Source: Eledone cirrhosa
Taxonomy: Eukaryota
Length of the DNA: 64,000 bases
Direction of reading: 5' to 3'
NCBI GenBank assembly: GCA_964016885.1
Contig: OZ024741.1
Span: forward strand, 354,702,001 to 354,766,000
In this document: piece after piece, positions 42,886 to 57,581 of the stretch
Layout: every line of letters starts with the position of its first letter
How positions within the stretch are numbered: position 1 is the stretch's first letter
The notes under the pieces: generated by a model
Seen by the model: only the letters and a program-made list of their open reading frames with translations
Databases searched by the model: none
Told to the model about the DNA's origin: nothing
Position numbers and translations under genes: made by a program

Positions 42886-45059
42886 TTATCGAAAGACTAT
42901 GCCTGTTCATTGAAGCCAGGCCTATAAGATGTGGGTCAACCAGTACATGAGTATAGGGTCCTCAGGAAAGCCAGTGTGTGTGTGGGGGGGGGGGGGGGGG
43001 CTTGTGAATATCTGATACACATCCCTTTAAAAAGAAACCTTAATCTCACTTCAATTTTGAGAGTAGCTCCTCACTCTCCTTTCCAGTTAGTTCAACCTTG
43101 CTAAATCTCTCTTAAATGTCCAGCATCTTGTTCTCTTGTTTTTGTATTGTGCCCTCAAGAGCAGACTCCACTTGACATACATCTATATGTCTATTTTCAT
43201 ATTTATACTCCAGTATGTATGTGTGTGTGTGTGCATGCGTGCATGTACCCGTAATTCCTGATGGCATTGGAGGGGTGCTATTGTAACATACTGTGTTTCT
43301 TGGGCAGTTTCTAACCCTGGTGTATCCCATCCCCTCTCTAGGTCTGATTTCTTCCAGAGAAGGGAGAGAGGATGAGTGAGAAAAATATATTGAAGAAGAA
43401 TCGACCCCTAGTACTGGACTGATAATTTTTTATTGACCTTGGAAAGATGAAAGGCAAAGTTGACCTCAGCAGGATTTAAACTCAGAAAGCATTATAGGCT
43501 GGAACGACTAATGCAAAGCAGTCTATTCACTGTTCTAATGCCTCTGCCAATTCACTGCCTTATATTACAGTAAAGAAGGTTAACCAACACCATGTTTTTT
43601 TTTGGGGGGGGGGGGGGTACCATTTAGTCAGGGAGCGGAGGTAGTGCCCATGACCCTATTTAGAGCTTCCAATACTGTTGGGAGGGAAGAAGAGGGGAAT
43701 GTACCCTCAAACTGGAGTCCTGGCCTGAATACTTGCAATAAAGCAGATTCTGCTAAAACCAGCAGGCGGTTGTGTTAAACCAGGTGACTGATTAAATCTA
43801 CCATCCATGTAGGCTATAGCAGGATTTTAAACTGAAAACACAAATAGTTGGAACAAACACCACAAGGCATTTTTTCTAATCTCTACTATCCTGAACTGTT
43901 TATTTTATCAAACCTAAAAGGATGATATGCTAAGTTGACTTCAGTGGGATTTTAGCTCTGATCACAGAGAACTGGAACAAATACTCCTTTCTTTGTAGTC
44001 CATATTTTACCTTTCCTTGAAATTATCAACATTATGTCTTACCAATTCCACCAAGGTGAACATTAAGTGTTTTAAGGCCACTCTCCTTTTTAAAGCTAAG
44101 GTTAACCTTGCAGGCCCTATGACAAAGTTCTCCATTTTGCCCTATCTTCTACATCACCTCTCACCAACTCCCTGGCTTTCAAATCCTCCTTCATCATCTC
44201 TAGCCATGGCTTTCTCTAGAGAGAGAGAGTGTGTATTAGAATTTAGCTTAAAGCCTCTCTAAATATCCTATATAGCCTAATGCATGTGCGCTTATTTATG
44301 ATGCAGGGGAGGTAGATAGTTAGGTAGGTGGCTTAAACAGTCCTACTTTAATTTTTATATTTGTATTCCCTGTCAAGAGCCCTTAGGTTTTTTTGTGTGT
44401 GTGAGAATGGACTAGATAATAATTACACACTGTACATATTTTCAGTGTTGAAATATTACCTACCATAATATATCTTAATAATAATAAAACAATATATATA
44501 TAGAGAGAGGGAGAGACACATTAATTATATGGATTTTAAAATAATGTGTGCACTTATATACATATATACTATATACACATTCTTAAGTGCACAACAGCTC
44601 TCATTTTAGTTTAAACAAATGTATATTTGGCTGTGTATTTTTATAATTACACACAAATGCCTGAACATTCTTATGTTGGATGATTTAGTTAATATGTATT
44701 CTTAATTAAAGATAAAAATAAATCTTAACATAACTTAAATTCTGATAAATGTAATTGCACACACAATATATACAATGGATTCGAAATAGTTATATTGAAG
44801 AGAAGAGAGGAACCGCCATATCATACCTTATGAACTAAAAGTATTCTGTGATCACTCCCCCTCATTAGAAGCATTAAAACATTGGCTTTTCATCAAGAAC
44901 TCGAGTTTTTAAATCAGATATTGACTAATAAAATGCATATTTGCAATAACTTAGCTTTCTTATTCTCCACCCAAAATATTTTGTTCCTAATTTTAAACTC
45001 TTAAGTGCTTTAATTAGGTGTTACTTCCATCAGAATTTCTTTAACTTTTTGTACTCCTT

Positions 45060-45265
45060 TTCTTCTTCTCCTTCTCCTCCTCCTCCTTCTCCTCCTCCTC
45101 CTTCTTCTCCTCCTCCTCCCTGAAAGGGTTGTGAGGGCAGAGTCCTCAAACACTCCTTCCAGCAGGTCATGTCAGAAGCAACCATCTCCAAGTGAGACCA
45201 GCCAGCCCATCTTGCTTGGGGTCTACCCCTGGGTCTCCTGATTCTTTCCTGAGACATTCTAACCA
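45060..45265 (-). mobile_element. Old RTE-like 3' remnant with (GGA)n tail
   Basis: RRPRGRPQARW...WKECLRTLP followed by a purine triplet tail. Confidence 0.5.
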
Positions 45266-45359
45266 TATCTCTATCAGGAATATTCTGCCTTTACATTTTA
45301 ATTATCAGAATAACCAAGAATTATGAGAGGTTTAATGAAATAACTTTCAAATTAATAAT

Positions 45360-45545
45360 TGTTTCTACTTTTGGCACCAGGCCAGCAATTATCCCAGTGC
45401 ATTACTGGTACTTTATTTTATCGACCCCGTAAGGATGAAAGACAAAGTTAACCTCAGCAGGATTTGAACACAGATCATAAAGGGAGGTAACTCTATGCTT
45501 CAAAGCATGGCGCCCGACCCTCTACCGATACTGCCAATCCACCGC
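45360..45545 (-). mobile_element. Family 1 SINE with 14-bp TSD (older copy adjacent at ~45565-45760)
   Basis: Core in reverse; TTCAAATTAATAAT at 45346-45359 and 45546-45559. Confidence 0.88.
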
Positions 45546-45987
45546 TTCAAATTAATAATGATATTTAATTTAGGCACAAAGCTAGCAATTTGTGGATAGG
45601 GGAAAATCAGTTATACCAACCCCATTACTTTACTGGTACATTATTTTATTGACCTCAAAAAGACAAAAGGCAAAGTTAACCTCAATGGGATTTGAACTCA
45701 GAACATAAAGAGCCAGAACAAATACTGACACTCTAACGATTCTTCAGATCCACTGCCCTAACATTCAACTTAATAGTAAAAGTGAAATATTTAACTACTG
45801 AAATCAAATATTATCTGTTATGTAATAATGAGATTTCAGTCCAGAATTTGAATTTAAATTTGAACACTTTAATAGAGGCAGTTTTATTGCAGGCTGTTTA
45901 AATTGGCTCACTTATATATATATATATATAAGTATTTCCGTAGAAAAGGTAAAAGAAAGAAGAGTACTCTATGTATTGTACAGAGCT

Positions 45988-46432
45988 ATTTAATTACATA
46001 ATAAACAACACAATATAATTATTACATTACCAAAGGTTTCGAGAAACTAGACGATTCTTACAGAAACGTCCGCCTCGTTCGTCAGGCAAAATAATTATGT
46101 TTTGGATATAATTTTGAAAATGATATCTATTAAAAATGAAAGTGAGGCTGAGTTAAGATAAGATCTTATAATGGAAAAAATATATACACACATACAAATA
46201 TACATACACACACATATTTATGTGCGCATGTGGTTTTATGTGTGTGTATGTATGTATATTTGTATGTGTGTATATATATTTTTTCCATTGTAAGATATCA
46301 TTTTCAAAATTTATATCCAAAACAATTATTTTGCCTGACAAACGAGCTCAATGTTTCATTAAGAATCGTCTAGTTTTTCGAAACCTTCGGTAATGGAATA
46401 ATTATATTGTGTTGTTTATTATGTAATTAAAA
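45988..46432. mobile_element. Aged PLE-like palindrome with two degenerate hammerheads
   Basis: Diverged inverted arms centred near TGCGCA (~46226); CTGACGA...GAAA-CCTTTGG-TA (minus, ~46017-46096) and CTGACAA...GAAA-CCTTCGG-TA (plus, ~46325-46404). Confidence 0.7.
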
Positions 46433-46489
46433 AAATATATATATATATTCAGCATGGCCTCAGCCAGATGGCTGGAACAGGTAAAAGAG

Positions 46490-46526
<37 letters not shown>

Positions 46527-48496
46527 TTAACCCTTTAACATTTACATTACTCTATATATACTATTATATTTTCACGGTAAAGGCTTTACTGCACATAATA
46601 TCGAATCTATGAGATTTTGATATTATTTATTTTAGAACAATACCTTAACATCAGTATGAGCGCCAGTTTGAACAGATGAGAGAATTTTGGCCGGATAAGG
46701 CCGGTTTAAATGTTAAAGTGTTAATAGTCATAATTCTTTTTAATTCAAACATTTAAATCTCATCATGAAAAAATAATTAGTAGAAATTAGGATGTTTCAG
46801 AAAGGATTTGGGGAAGGGTTGTTTTATTTTTAGCTTTTAATTTGTTAAACCAGGGAATTTTGAAATTAAACTAAGGGAAATGGTGGCATATAAAACTCAC
46901 ACATTCCATCAACATCCCACTTTATCGTTAACTATTACAGTTCAACATATTTTCACAGACAGATATATTTATAGAGTTCCTTAAATATTTCTGTAACAGT
47001 CTTGACATCACACATACATATGCTGTGACAAATACACACACACAAGAATGATTTTCCAAAGAGGAATGAAATGGTAATACAGTTAATGATTTCAAACAAA
47101 TGGATCAGTTCTAGTCATGTAGAAGTAATTTCTATATGAAATAAATTATATCTATTGTAAGTATTAGGAGCTTGCGCATGGAGTTCTGCCAGGGAGCATT
47201 TTCACATCCCATCCAGGATGCACCCCACTCCCATCTGTATCATTGAATATTCTTTCTCATATTTTTGTTGTATTTAGATTTATTGTTATTTGTTATGAAT
47301 TAAATTTAGCATGTAATGTTGCATGACTTTTCTGACCTTTGTCACTTGAAAAAGAGGACATATAATAGAGTAAAGTATTTTTGTTATTTTAAAAAGTTGG
47401 AATGTCATCATGTCAGCTCCTGTCAGACAGTGTGACATGATGCTCAGTTAATACTATGAATATCTGTCAAACATAACCATATACGTTTAAGACATTTTTT
47501 TAATGAACCTCCATCTGTTTCTACAATGAATGTTCAGTTGTCCAAGCAATAGAATAGCTTGCTTATGTAAGTAGTTGATCATTTCACATGCACAGGGAGA
47601 TTCAGCATGACACTGTGTGTGACAAGGCTGGCCCGTTGAATTACAGATACAGTCCATCTCACAAGCTTTCAAACAAAAAACTATTTACAGTCTTACAAGG
47701 TATGAGTCAACTCAAAGCTATGGGAAATGACACTTGTCAAAGATACCATGCAGTGGGATTAAACTTGGGACCCAATGAGTGTGAAGCGAACTTCTTAACC
47801 ATTTTACTATGCTATGTCCACATACTACTTGCTTTACACAGGTAAAGTTGTTATAGGTTATATATAAAGAAAAGACACCTGTATTCATAGATTATATTAG
47901 GTTTTGGACTTTAAAACAAAACACATAGCAAAAGTAAACATCATCATCAATATTTTACTGTTGTTTTTCCATGTTTGCATTGGTTGGATGGATTGTTACA
48001 AACCAAGTCAATACTTAATCCAGAGTTACTGCCATCTTAGATATATTAGATGGTGAGGCTGCATGTCTTGCTTATATGTGTTCCATTCTACAGCTGGATC
48101 CAGTTGGTAATGCTCATAATTTTATGGGGATACTAGGAGCATTTTATCGTGACACAAGTTCTTGGGAGGTTGCCATGCCCTTGATTTGGCTGAAGAGCCT
48201 TCTCAACACTTTTTGGGATATGGTTTCTATGACTGGATCCACTGTAGCAAAATAACCTAGGTAGTATCAATGTACAGTTTATTATACTGCATATTGTCTT
48301 GTCAAAGAAGCTTGATATTTTAAGATTTAAAATAAATTTAACTTTACGTTTTGTCCATCTGTCACATAAATGCTACAACCTTACAAAACGTTCTAAATTT
48401 TTTTAGAATTCATGGAAGCCAAACAAAAAAGCTAAAAAAAAGGGTGGGAGCAAATTGTCTATGTCTCTCTCTGTATCATTATCTCTCTCTGTATCC

Positions 48497-48560
<64 letters not shown>

Positions 48561-49121
48561 ATATTCTATATATATATATTCTATATATATATATTCTATA
48601 TATATATATTCTATATATATATATTCTATATATATATATATATTCTATATATATATATATATTCTATATATATATATATATTCTATATATATATATATAT
48701 TCTATATATATATATATATATTCTATATATATATATATTATATATATATATATATATATTCTATATATATATATATATATATTCTATATATATATATATA
48801 TATTCTATATATATATATATATATTCTATATATATATATATATATTCTATATATATATATATATATTCTATATATATATATATATATTCTATATATATAT
48901 ATATATATTCTATATATATATATATATATTCTATATATATATATATATATATATATTCTATATATATATATATATATTCTATATATATATATATATATTC
49001 TATATATATATATATATATTCTATATATATATATATATATTCTATATATATATATATATATTCTATATATATATATATTCTATATATATATATATATATT
49101 CTATATATATATATTCTATAT

Positions 49122-50567
49122 AAATTCCAAACCTGGAAGCAGGGACTAGAGAGAAAGGGCCTCAAAGTCAACATGACAAAGACTAAGGTCCTTATAAGTA
49201 GACGAGAAAACAGAACCCAGATCCCCTCAGGGAAATGGCCTTGCTCAGTATGTAGGAAAGGTGTAGGTAGGAACTCCATTCTTTGCCCCAAATGCAAACA
49301 ATGGGTACACAAGAGATGTAGTGGGATCTCAGGAAGCTTAATTAAGAATGTAGGATTCACATGCAGCAGCTGTGCTGAAACAGCAAGCAAACAGCCACAG
49401 GAAACAAGTACCACCAATCTCTGGGAGGGCCCTGTAGAAACAGTAGACAGCTTCTGCTACCTAGGTGACCGAATTAGCAACGGAGGTGGGTGCTCAGAAA
49501 GTACAATAACTAGGGTAAGAACGGGATGGAAGAAGTTTAGGGAACTACTACCACTGCTAGCTGCAAAAGGCTTCTCCCTCAGAATGAAAGGCAGACTGTA
49601 TGATGCGTGTATCCGAACAGCGATGTTGCATGGTAGTGAGACCTGGGCGCTGAAGGTGGAAGACTTACGTAGATTAGAGAGAAACGAAGCCTGCATGCTC
49701 CGATGGATGTGTAACAGTAATATACGTGAACGACAAAGCATAAATGAATTGAGAGAGAGACTGAGCATAAGAGGAATCAAATGCTGCGTGCAGGAGAGGC
49801 GGTTACGCTGGTATGGACATGTGATGCGTATGAAGGATGACAGCTGCATAAAAAGGTGCAGAGCACTAGAAGTTGATGGAAACCGCGGAGTGGGGAGACC
49901 CAAGATGACTTGGGATGAGGTGATAAAAGCCGACCTTACCCAACTACACCTCTCAAAGTCAATGACACACGACCGTGACTTCTGGCGTCACGCAGTAATA
50001 CAGGGTACCCGACCTCCCATGGGTATATGCTGAAGCATATAAACAATATGCCCCCCCCCCACCGCAAGGTGGCCGTGGAGGTGCCACGGCAAAAAAGCAC
50101 CCAGCCCACACTGTAAAGTGGACGTGTAGGCGCCACGAAAAAGCACCCAGCACTCANNNNNNNNNNNNNNNNNNNNNNNNNNNNNNNNNNNNNNNNNNNN
50201 NNNNNNNNNNNNNNNNNNNNNNNNNNNNNNNNNNNNNNNNNNNNNNNNNNNNNNNNNNNNNNNNNNNNNNNNNNNNNNNNNNNNNNNNNNNNNNNNNNNN
50301 NNNNNNNNNNNNNNNNNNNNNNNNNNNNNNNNNNNNNNNNNNNNNNNNNNNNNNNNCGTGTAGGCGCCACGAAAAAGCACCCAGCACTCACTGTAAATGA
50401 GGTTGGTGTTAGGAAGGGCATCCAGCTGTAGAAATCAAGCCAGATCAGTTCCTGTATGAGCAAGGCATGGTCAGCCGACCAGACACTGCCCACAACAGGA
50501 CAACCCGTCTAACCCATGCTAGCGTGGAAGAACGGACGTAAAACGGTGATGATGATGATGATGATGA
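49122..50567 (+). mobile_element. RTE family b, 5'-truncated, open ORF C-terminus to 50033, (GAT)n tail; spans the assembly gap
   Basis: KFQTWKQGLERKGLKVNMTKTK, Cys/His-rich insert, FCYLG, MLHGSETW, RRLRWYGHVMR, RGVGRPKMTW. Confidence 0.93.
50157..50356. other. Assembly gap (200 N)
   Basis: Run of N; the same 34 bp occur on both sides. Confidence 0.99.
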
Positions 50568-50872
50568 TTCTATATATATATATATATATATTCTATATAT
50601 ATATATATATATTCTATATATATATATATCTATATTCTATATATATATATATATATATTCTATATATATATATATTCTATATATATATATATATTCTATA
50701 TATATATATATATTCTATATATATATATATATTCTATATATATATATATTCTATATATATATATATTCTATATATATATATATTCTATATATATATATAT
50801 TCTATATATATATATATATATTCTATATATATATTATATATATTCTATATATATATATATATATTATATTCT

Positions 50873-52353
50873 AACAGTCAGCAAGGTTAGAATTAACAAC
50901 GAATATAGTGAAGAGTTTAGCGTAAAAGTTGGCGTCCATCAGGGCTCTGTTCTCAGCCCCCTACTATTTATTATTGCCCTTCAGGCTATAACAGAGGAGT
51001 TCAAGACAGGCTGCCCATGGGAACTCCTATACGCAGACGACCTGACACTCATAGCGGAATCAATGGCCGAGCTAGAGAAGAAATTCCAAACATGGAAGCA
51101 CGGCCTAGAGTCAAAAGGACTTAAAATTAACCTGGCTAAGACCAAAGTTCTAGTTTGTAGGAAAGAAAACAAGGCGGCGGTCCCTTCTGGGAAATGGTCG
51201 TGCTCGGTATGTAGGAAAGGCGTAGGTAGAAACTCCATCTTATGTCCTAAATGCAAAGTATGGGTGCATAAAAGATGTAGTGGGATCACAGGTAAGCTAA
51301 CTAAGAACATAGACTTTACATGTGGCCGGTGTTCTGGTGCAATAAGTAGCAGCAAGTGCCCACAAAATACTAGCTCTTTCAATTGCGCAGAGGGTTCTAT
51401 AGAAATAGTGGACAGCTTCCGTTACCTGGGCGATAAAATCAGCAGTGGGGGAGGGTGCTCTGAAAGTACTGTAGCTAGAGTCAGAACTGGTTGGAAAAAG
51501 TTCAGAGAGCTTATACCACTATTAGCTGCTAAAGGGTTCTCCCTAAAAATGAAAGGCAGGTTGTACGATGCCTGCATACGAACAGCAATGTTGCATGGTA
51601 GTGAGACCTGGGCATTGTGTGCAGAGGATATACGCAGACTAGAGAGGAACGAAGCTTGCATGCTCCGCTGGATGTGTAACAGTAATATACGTGAACGGCA
51701 AAGCATAAACGAACTAAGGAAAAAATTAGAGATAAGAGGGATCAGATGTTGTTTACTCGAGAGAAGGCTGCGTTGGTATGGACACGTGATGCGCATGAAA
51801 GTCGATAGCTGTATTACAAAGTGCAGGGCAATAAAGATAGACGGTAGCCACGGAATAGGCAGACCTAGAAAAACATGGGATGAGCTGATAAACTCCGACC
51901 TCACACACTTACACCTCTCCAAGACAATGTCACTGGACCGTGACCTTTGGCGGTACTCAGTAACAGAGAAGACCCGCCTTGCCAGTAGGCATCTCTAACA
52001 AACTACACCCCGTCCCGCCACCACCCCCACCCCATCCACACCACCCCGTTCTATGTAAAGTTATGTTGGTGCCGCGCCATCCAGGCCGAAACAAATGAGA
52101 TCGTGTAGGTGTCACGACAAAAAAACACACAGTCCACGCTGTAATGTGGCCGTGTAGGCAACACGGTAAAAACCTCCCAGACCCACACTGTAAATGTGGT
52201 TGGTGTTAGGAAGGGCATCCAACTGTAGAAAACCCGCCAGACAGTCCTATGCGAGCAAGACAATCACTCTTGCCTCAAGTGGGACTACCCCCGTCCAAAC
52301 CCATGCAAGCGTGGAACACGGACGTTAAACGTTGATGATGATGATGATGATGA
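50873..52353 (+). mobile_element. RTE family a, 5'-truncated young copy; reading frame open 50877-51998
   Basis: VGVHQGSVLSPLLF and LLYADDL upstream of ORF 51063-51998 with no stops; 3'UTR and (GAT)n tail. Confidence 0.95.
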
Positions 52354-52639
52354 TATATTCTATATATATATATATATATATTCTATATATATATATATAT
52401 ATTCTATATATATATATATATATTCTATATATATATATATATATATTCTCTCTATATATATATATATTCTCTCTCTATATATATATATTCTCTATATATA
52501 TATATATATTCTCTATATATATATATATATTCTATATATATATATATATATATTCTATATATATATATATTCTATATATATATATATATATATTCTATAT
52601 ATATATATATATATATTCTATATATATATATATATATAT

Positions 52640-52670
<31 letters not shown>

Positions 52671-53372
52671 TCTATATATATATATATATATATATTCTAT
52701 ATATATATATATTCTATATATATATATATATATTCTATATATATATATATATATATTCTATATATATATATATATATATTCTATATATATATATATATAT
52801 TCTATATATATATATATATATTCTATATATATATATATATATTCTATATATATATATATATATTCTATATATATATATATATATATTCTATATATATATA
52901 TATATATATATTCTATATATATATATATATATACTATATATATATATTCTATATATATATATATATATATATTCTATATATATATATATATATTCTATAT
53001 ATATATATATTCTCTATATATATATATATTCTATATATATATATATTCTCTATATATATATATATTCTATATATATATATATATATATATTCTATATATA
53101 TATATATATTCTATATATATATATATATATATTCTATATATATATATATATATATTCTATATATATATATATATATTCTATATATATATATATATTCTAT
53201 ATATATATATATATTCTATATATATATATATATTCTATATCTATATATATATATATTCTATATATATATATATATATATTCTATATATATATATATATAT
53301 TCTATATATATATATATATATATTCTATATATATATATATATATATTCTATATATATATATATATATTCTAT

Positions 53373-53580
53373 ATAGGAACCAGTAAGACCCCGACAGCTG
53401 AGCTCAAGCCGTTTCGACGGCTAATTCTGGACGGCTAATTCAGTCCAGAATTAGCCGTCGAAACGGCTTGAGCTCAGCTGTCGGGGTCTTACTGGTTCCT
53501 ATTACCCACTCTACTACCTCAAGTATTGAGTACTTTGGTGCGTTATGGTCCACCTGGTTCCTTACCACATTTCCTTCGTT
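53373..53580 (+). mobile_element. PLE-like fold-back insertion (60-bp perfect arms, 10-nt spacer) plus 3' tail
   Basis: Arms 53373-53432 and 53443-53502; same family in inverse orientation at 59405-59608. Confidence 0.8.
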
Positions 53581-53894
53581 ATATTCTATATATATATATA
53601 TATATATTCTATATATATATATATATTCTATATATATATATATATATTCTATATATATATATATATATATTCTATATATATATATATATATATATTCTAT
53701 ATATATATATATATATATATATTCTATATATATATATATATATATTCTATATATATATATATATATTCTATATATATATATATATATATTCTATATATAT
53801 ATATATATATTCTATATATATATATATATATATATATTCTATATATATATATATATATTCTATATATATATATATATATATTCTATATATATAT

Positions 53895-54655
53895 GAATGA
53901 AAGGCAGACTGTATGATGCGTGTATCCGAACAGCGATGTTGCATGGTAGTGAGACCTGCGCGCTGAAGGTGGAAGACTTACGTAGATTAGAGAGAAACGA
54001 AGCCTGCATGCTCCGATGGATGTGTAACAGTAATATACGTGAACGACAAAGCATAAAGCAATTGAGAGAGTGACTGAGCATAAGAGGAATCAAATGCTGC
54101 GTGCAGGAGAGCCGGTTACGCTGGTATGGACATGTGATGCGTATGAAGGATGACAGCTGCATAAAAAGGTGCAGAGCACTAGAAGTTGATGGAAACCGCG
54201 GAGTGGGGAGACCCAAGATGACTTGGGATGAGGTGATAAAAGCCGACCTTACCCAACTACACCTCTCAAAGTCAATGACACACGACCGTGACTTCTGGCG
54301 TCACGCAGTAATACAGGGTACCCGACCTCCCATGGGTATATGCTGAAGCATATAAACAATATGCCCCCCCCCCCCCACCGCAAGGTGGCCGTGGAGGTGC
54401 CACGGCAAAAAAGCACCCAGCCCACACTGTAAAGTGGACGTGTAGGCGCCACGAAAAAGCACCCAGCACTCACTGTAAATGAGGTTGGTGTTAGGAAGGG
54501 CATCCAGCTGTAGAAATCAAGCCAGATCAGTTCCTGTATGAGCAAGGCATGGTCAGCCGACCAGACACTGCCCACAACAGGACAACCCGTCTAACCCATG
54601 CTAGCGTGGAAGAACGGACGTAAAACGGTGATGATGATGATGATGATGATGATGA
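53895..54655 (+). mobile_element. RTE family b 3' fragment
   Basis: Near-identical to 49583-50567, with an in-frame TGA. Confidence 0.92.
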
Positions 54656-54970
54656 TATTCTATATATATATATATATATATTCTATATATATATATATAT
54701 ATATATTCTATATATATATATATATATATATATTCTATATATATATATATATATATTCTATATATATATATATTCTATATATATATATATTCTATATATA
54801 TATATATTCTATATATATATATATTCTATATATATATATATATTCTATATATATATATATATTCTATATATATATATATTCTATATATATATATATATTC
54901 TATATATATATATATATTCTATATATATATATATTCTATATATATATATATTCTATATATATATATATAT

Positions 54971-55007
<37 letters not shown>

Positions 55008-55370
55008 TATATATATATATATATTCTATATATATATATATATATTCTATATATATATATATATATTCTATATATATATATATATTCTATATATATATAT
55101 ATATTCTATATATATATATATATATTCTCTATATATATATATATATTCTATATATATATATATATATTCTATATATATATATATATTCTATATATATATA
55201 TATATATTCTATATATATATATATTCTATATATATATATATATATTCTATATATATATATATTCTATATATATATATATTCTATATATATATATATTCTA
55301 TATATATATATATTCTATATATATATATATATTCTATATATATATATATATATTCTATATATATATATAT

Positions 55371-55401
<31 letters not shown>

Positions 55402-55906
55402 TCTATATATATATATATTCTATATATATATATATATATATATTCTATATATATATATATATATATTCTATATATATATATATATATTCTATATATATAT
55501 ATATATATTCTATATATATATATATATATTCTATATATATATATATATATTCTATATATATATATATATATTCTATATATATATATATATATTCTATATA
55601 TATATATATATATTCTATATATATATATATATATTCTATATATATATATATATATTCTATATATATATATATATATATTCTATATATATATATATATATA
55701 TTCTATATATATATATATATATTCTATATATATATATATATATATTCTATATATATATATATATATATTCTATATATATATATATATTCTATATATATAT
55801 ATATATATTCTATATATATATATATATATATTCTATATATATATATATATATTCTATATATATATATATATATTCTATATATATATATATATATTCTATA
55901 TATATA

Positions 55907-56006
<100 letters not shown>

Positions 56007-56018
56007 ATATATTATATA

Positions 56019-56151
<133 letters not shown>

Positions 56152-56176
56152 ATATATTATATATTATATATATATA

Positions 56177-56219
<43 letters not shown>

Positions 56220-56344
56220 ATATATTATATATATATATATATATTATATATATATATATATATTATATATATATATATATATTATATATATATATATATA
56301 TTATATATATATATATATATTATATATATATATATATATTATAT

Positions 56345-56376
<32 letters not shown>

Positions 56377-56408
56377 ATTATATATATATATATTATATTA
56401 TATATATT

Positions 56409-56785
56409 ATCATCATCATCATCATCAACGTTTAACGTCCGTGTTCCACGCTTGCATGGGTTTGGACGGGGGTAGTCCCACTTGAGGCAAGAGTGATTGT
56501 CTTGCTCGCATAGGACTGTCTGGCAGGTTTTCTACAGTTGGATGCCCTTCCTAACACCAACCACATTTACAGTGTGGGTCTGGGAGGTTTTTACCGTGTT
56601 GCCTACACGGCCACATTACAGCGTGGACTGTGTGTTTTTTTTGTCGTGACACCTACACGATCTCATTTGTTTCGGCCTCGAAGGCGCGGCACCAACATAA
56701 CTTTACATAGAACGGGGTGGTGTGGATCGGGTGGGGGTGGGGGTGGTGGGACGGGGTGTATTTTGTTAGAGATGCCTACTGGCTG
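56409..56785 (-). mobile_element. RTE family a 3'UTR
   Basis: Reverse complement of ~16035-16411 with (CAT)n tail. Confidence 0.9.
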
Positions 56786-56904
56786 GAGTAGGTTTTAATA
56801 TATATATTATATAATATATATATTATATATATATATTATATAATATATATATTATATAATATATATATTATATAATATATATATTATATATTATATATAT
56901 ATAT

Positions 56905-56938
<34 letters not shown>

Positions 56939-57246
56939 ATATATATTATATTATATATATTATATATATATTATATTATATATATTATATATATATATAT
57001 ATTATATAATATATATATTATATATATATATTATATAATATATATATTATATAATATATATATTATATAATATATATATATATATATATATTATATAATA
57101 TAATATATATATTATATAATATATATATATATATTTATTAATATATATATATATATATTATAATATATATATATATATATTATATAATATATATATATAT
57201 ATATATGTATATTATATAATATATATATTATAATATATATATATAT

Positions 57247-57296
<50 letters not shown>

Positions 57297-57308
57297 ATAT
57301 ATATATAT

Positions 57309-57354
<46 letters not shown>

Positions 57355-57543
57355 ATATATATGTATATTATATAATATATATATTATAATATAAGGGTTA
57401 AAATACTGGAGCGTGTTGGAGTTAAACACCCTCTTCGTATTATAGAAATGACAGTAAAAGGTATAGCTCAATGTAGTTAAACAGAGCCGAAGAATTATGA
57501 AAGTAAAACAAAGAAGCCTTCAATACATCAAAAGTCTTTATTA

Positions 57544-57581
57544 GCCAACAATGTTTCGTCCTATTAAGGACTCATCAGGGC
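57544..57581 (-). ncRNA. Minimal type I hammerhead near the end of a long AT-rich PLE-like UTR (~57393-58965)
   Basis: Minus strand GCC-CTGATGA-GTCCT(TAAT)AGGAC-GAAA-CATTG-TT-GGC. Confidence 0.87.
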
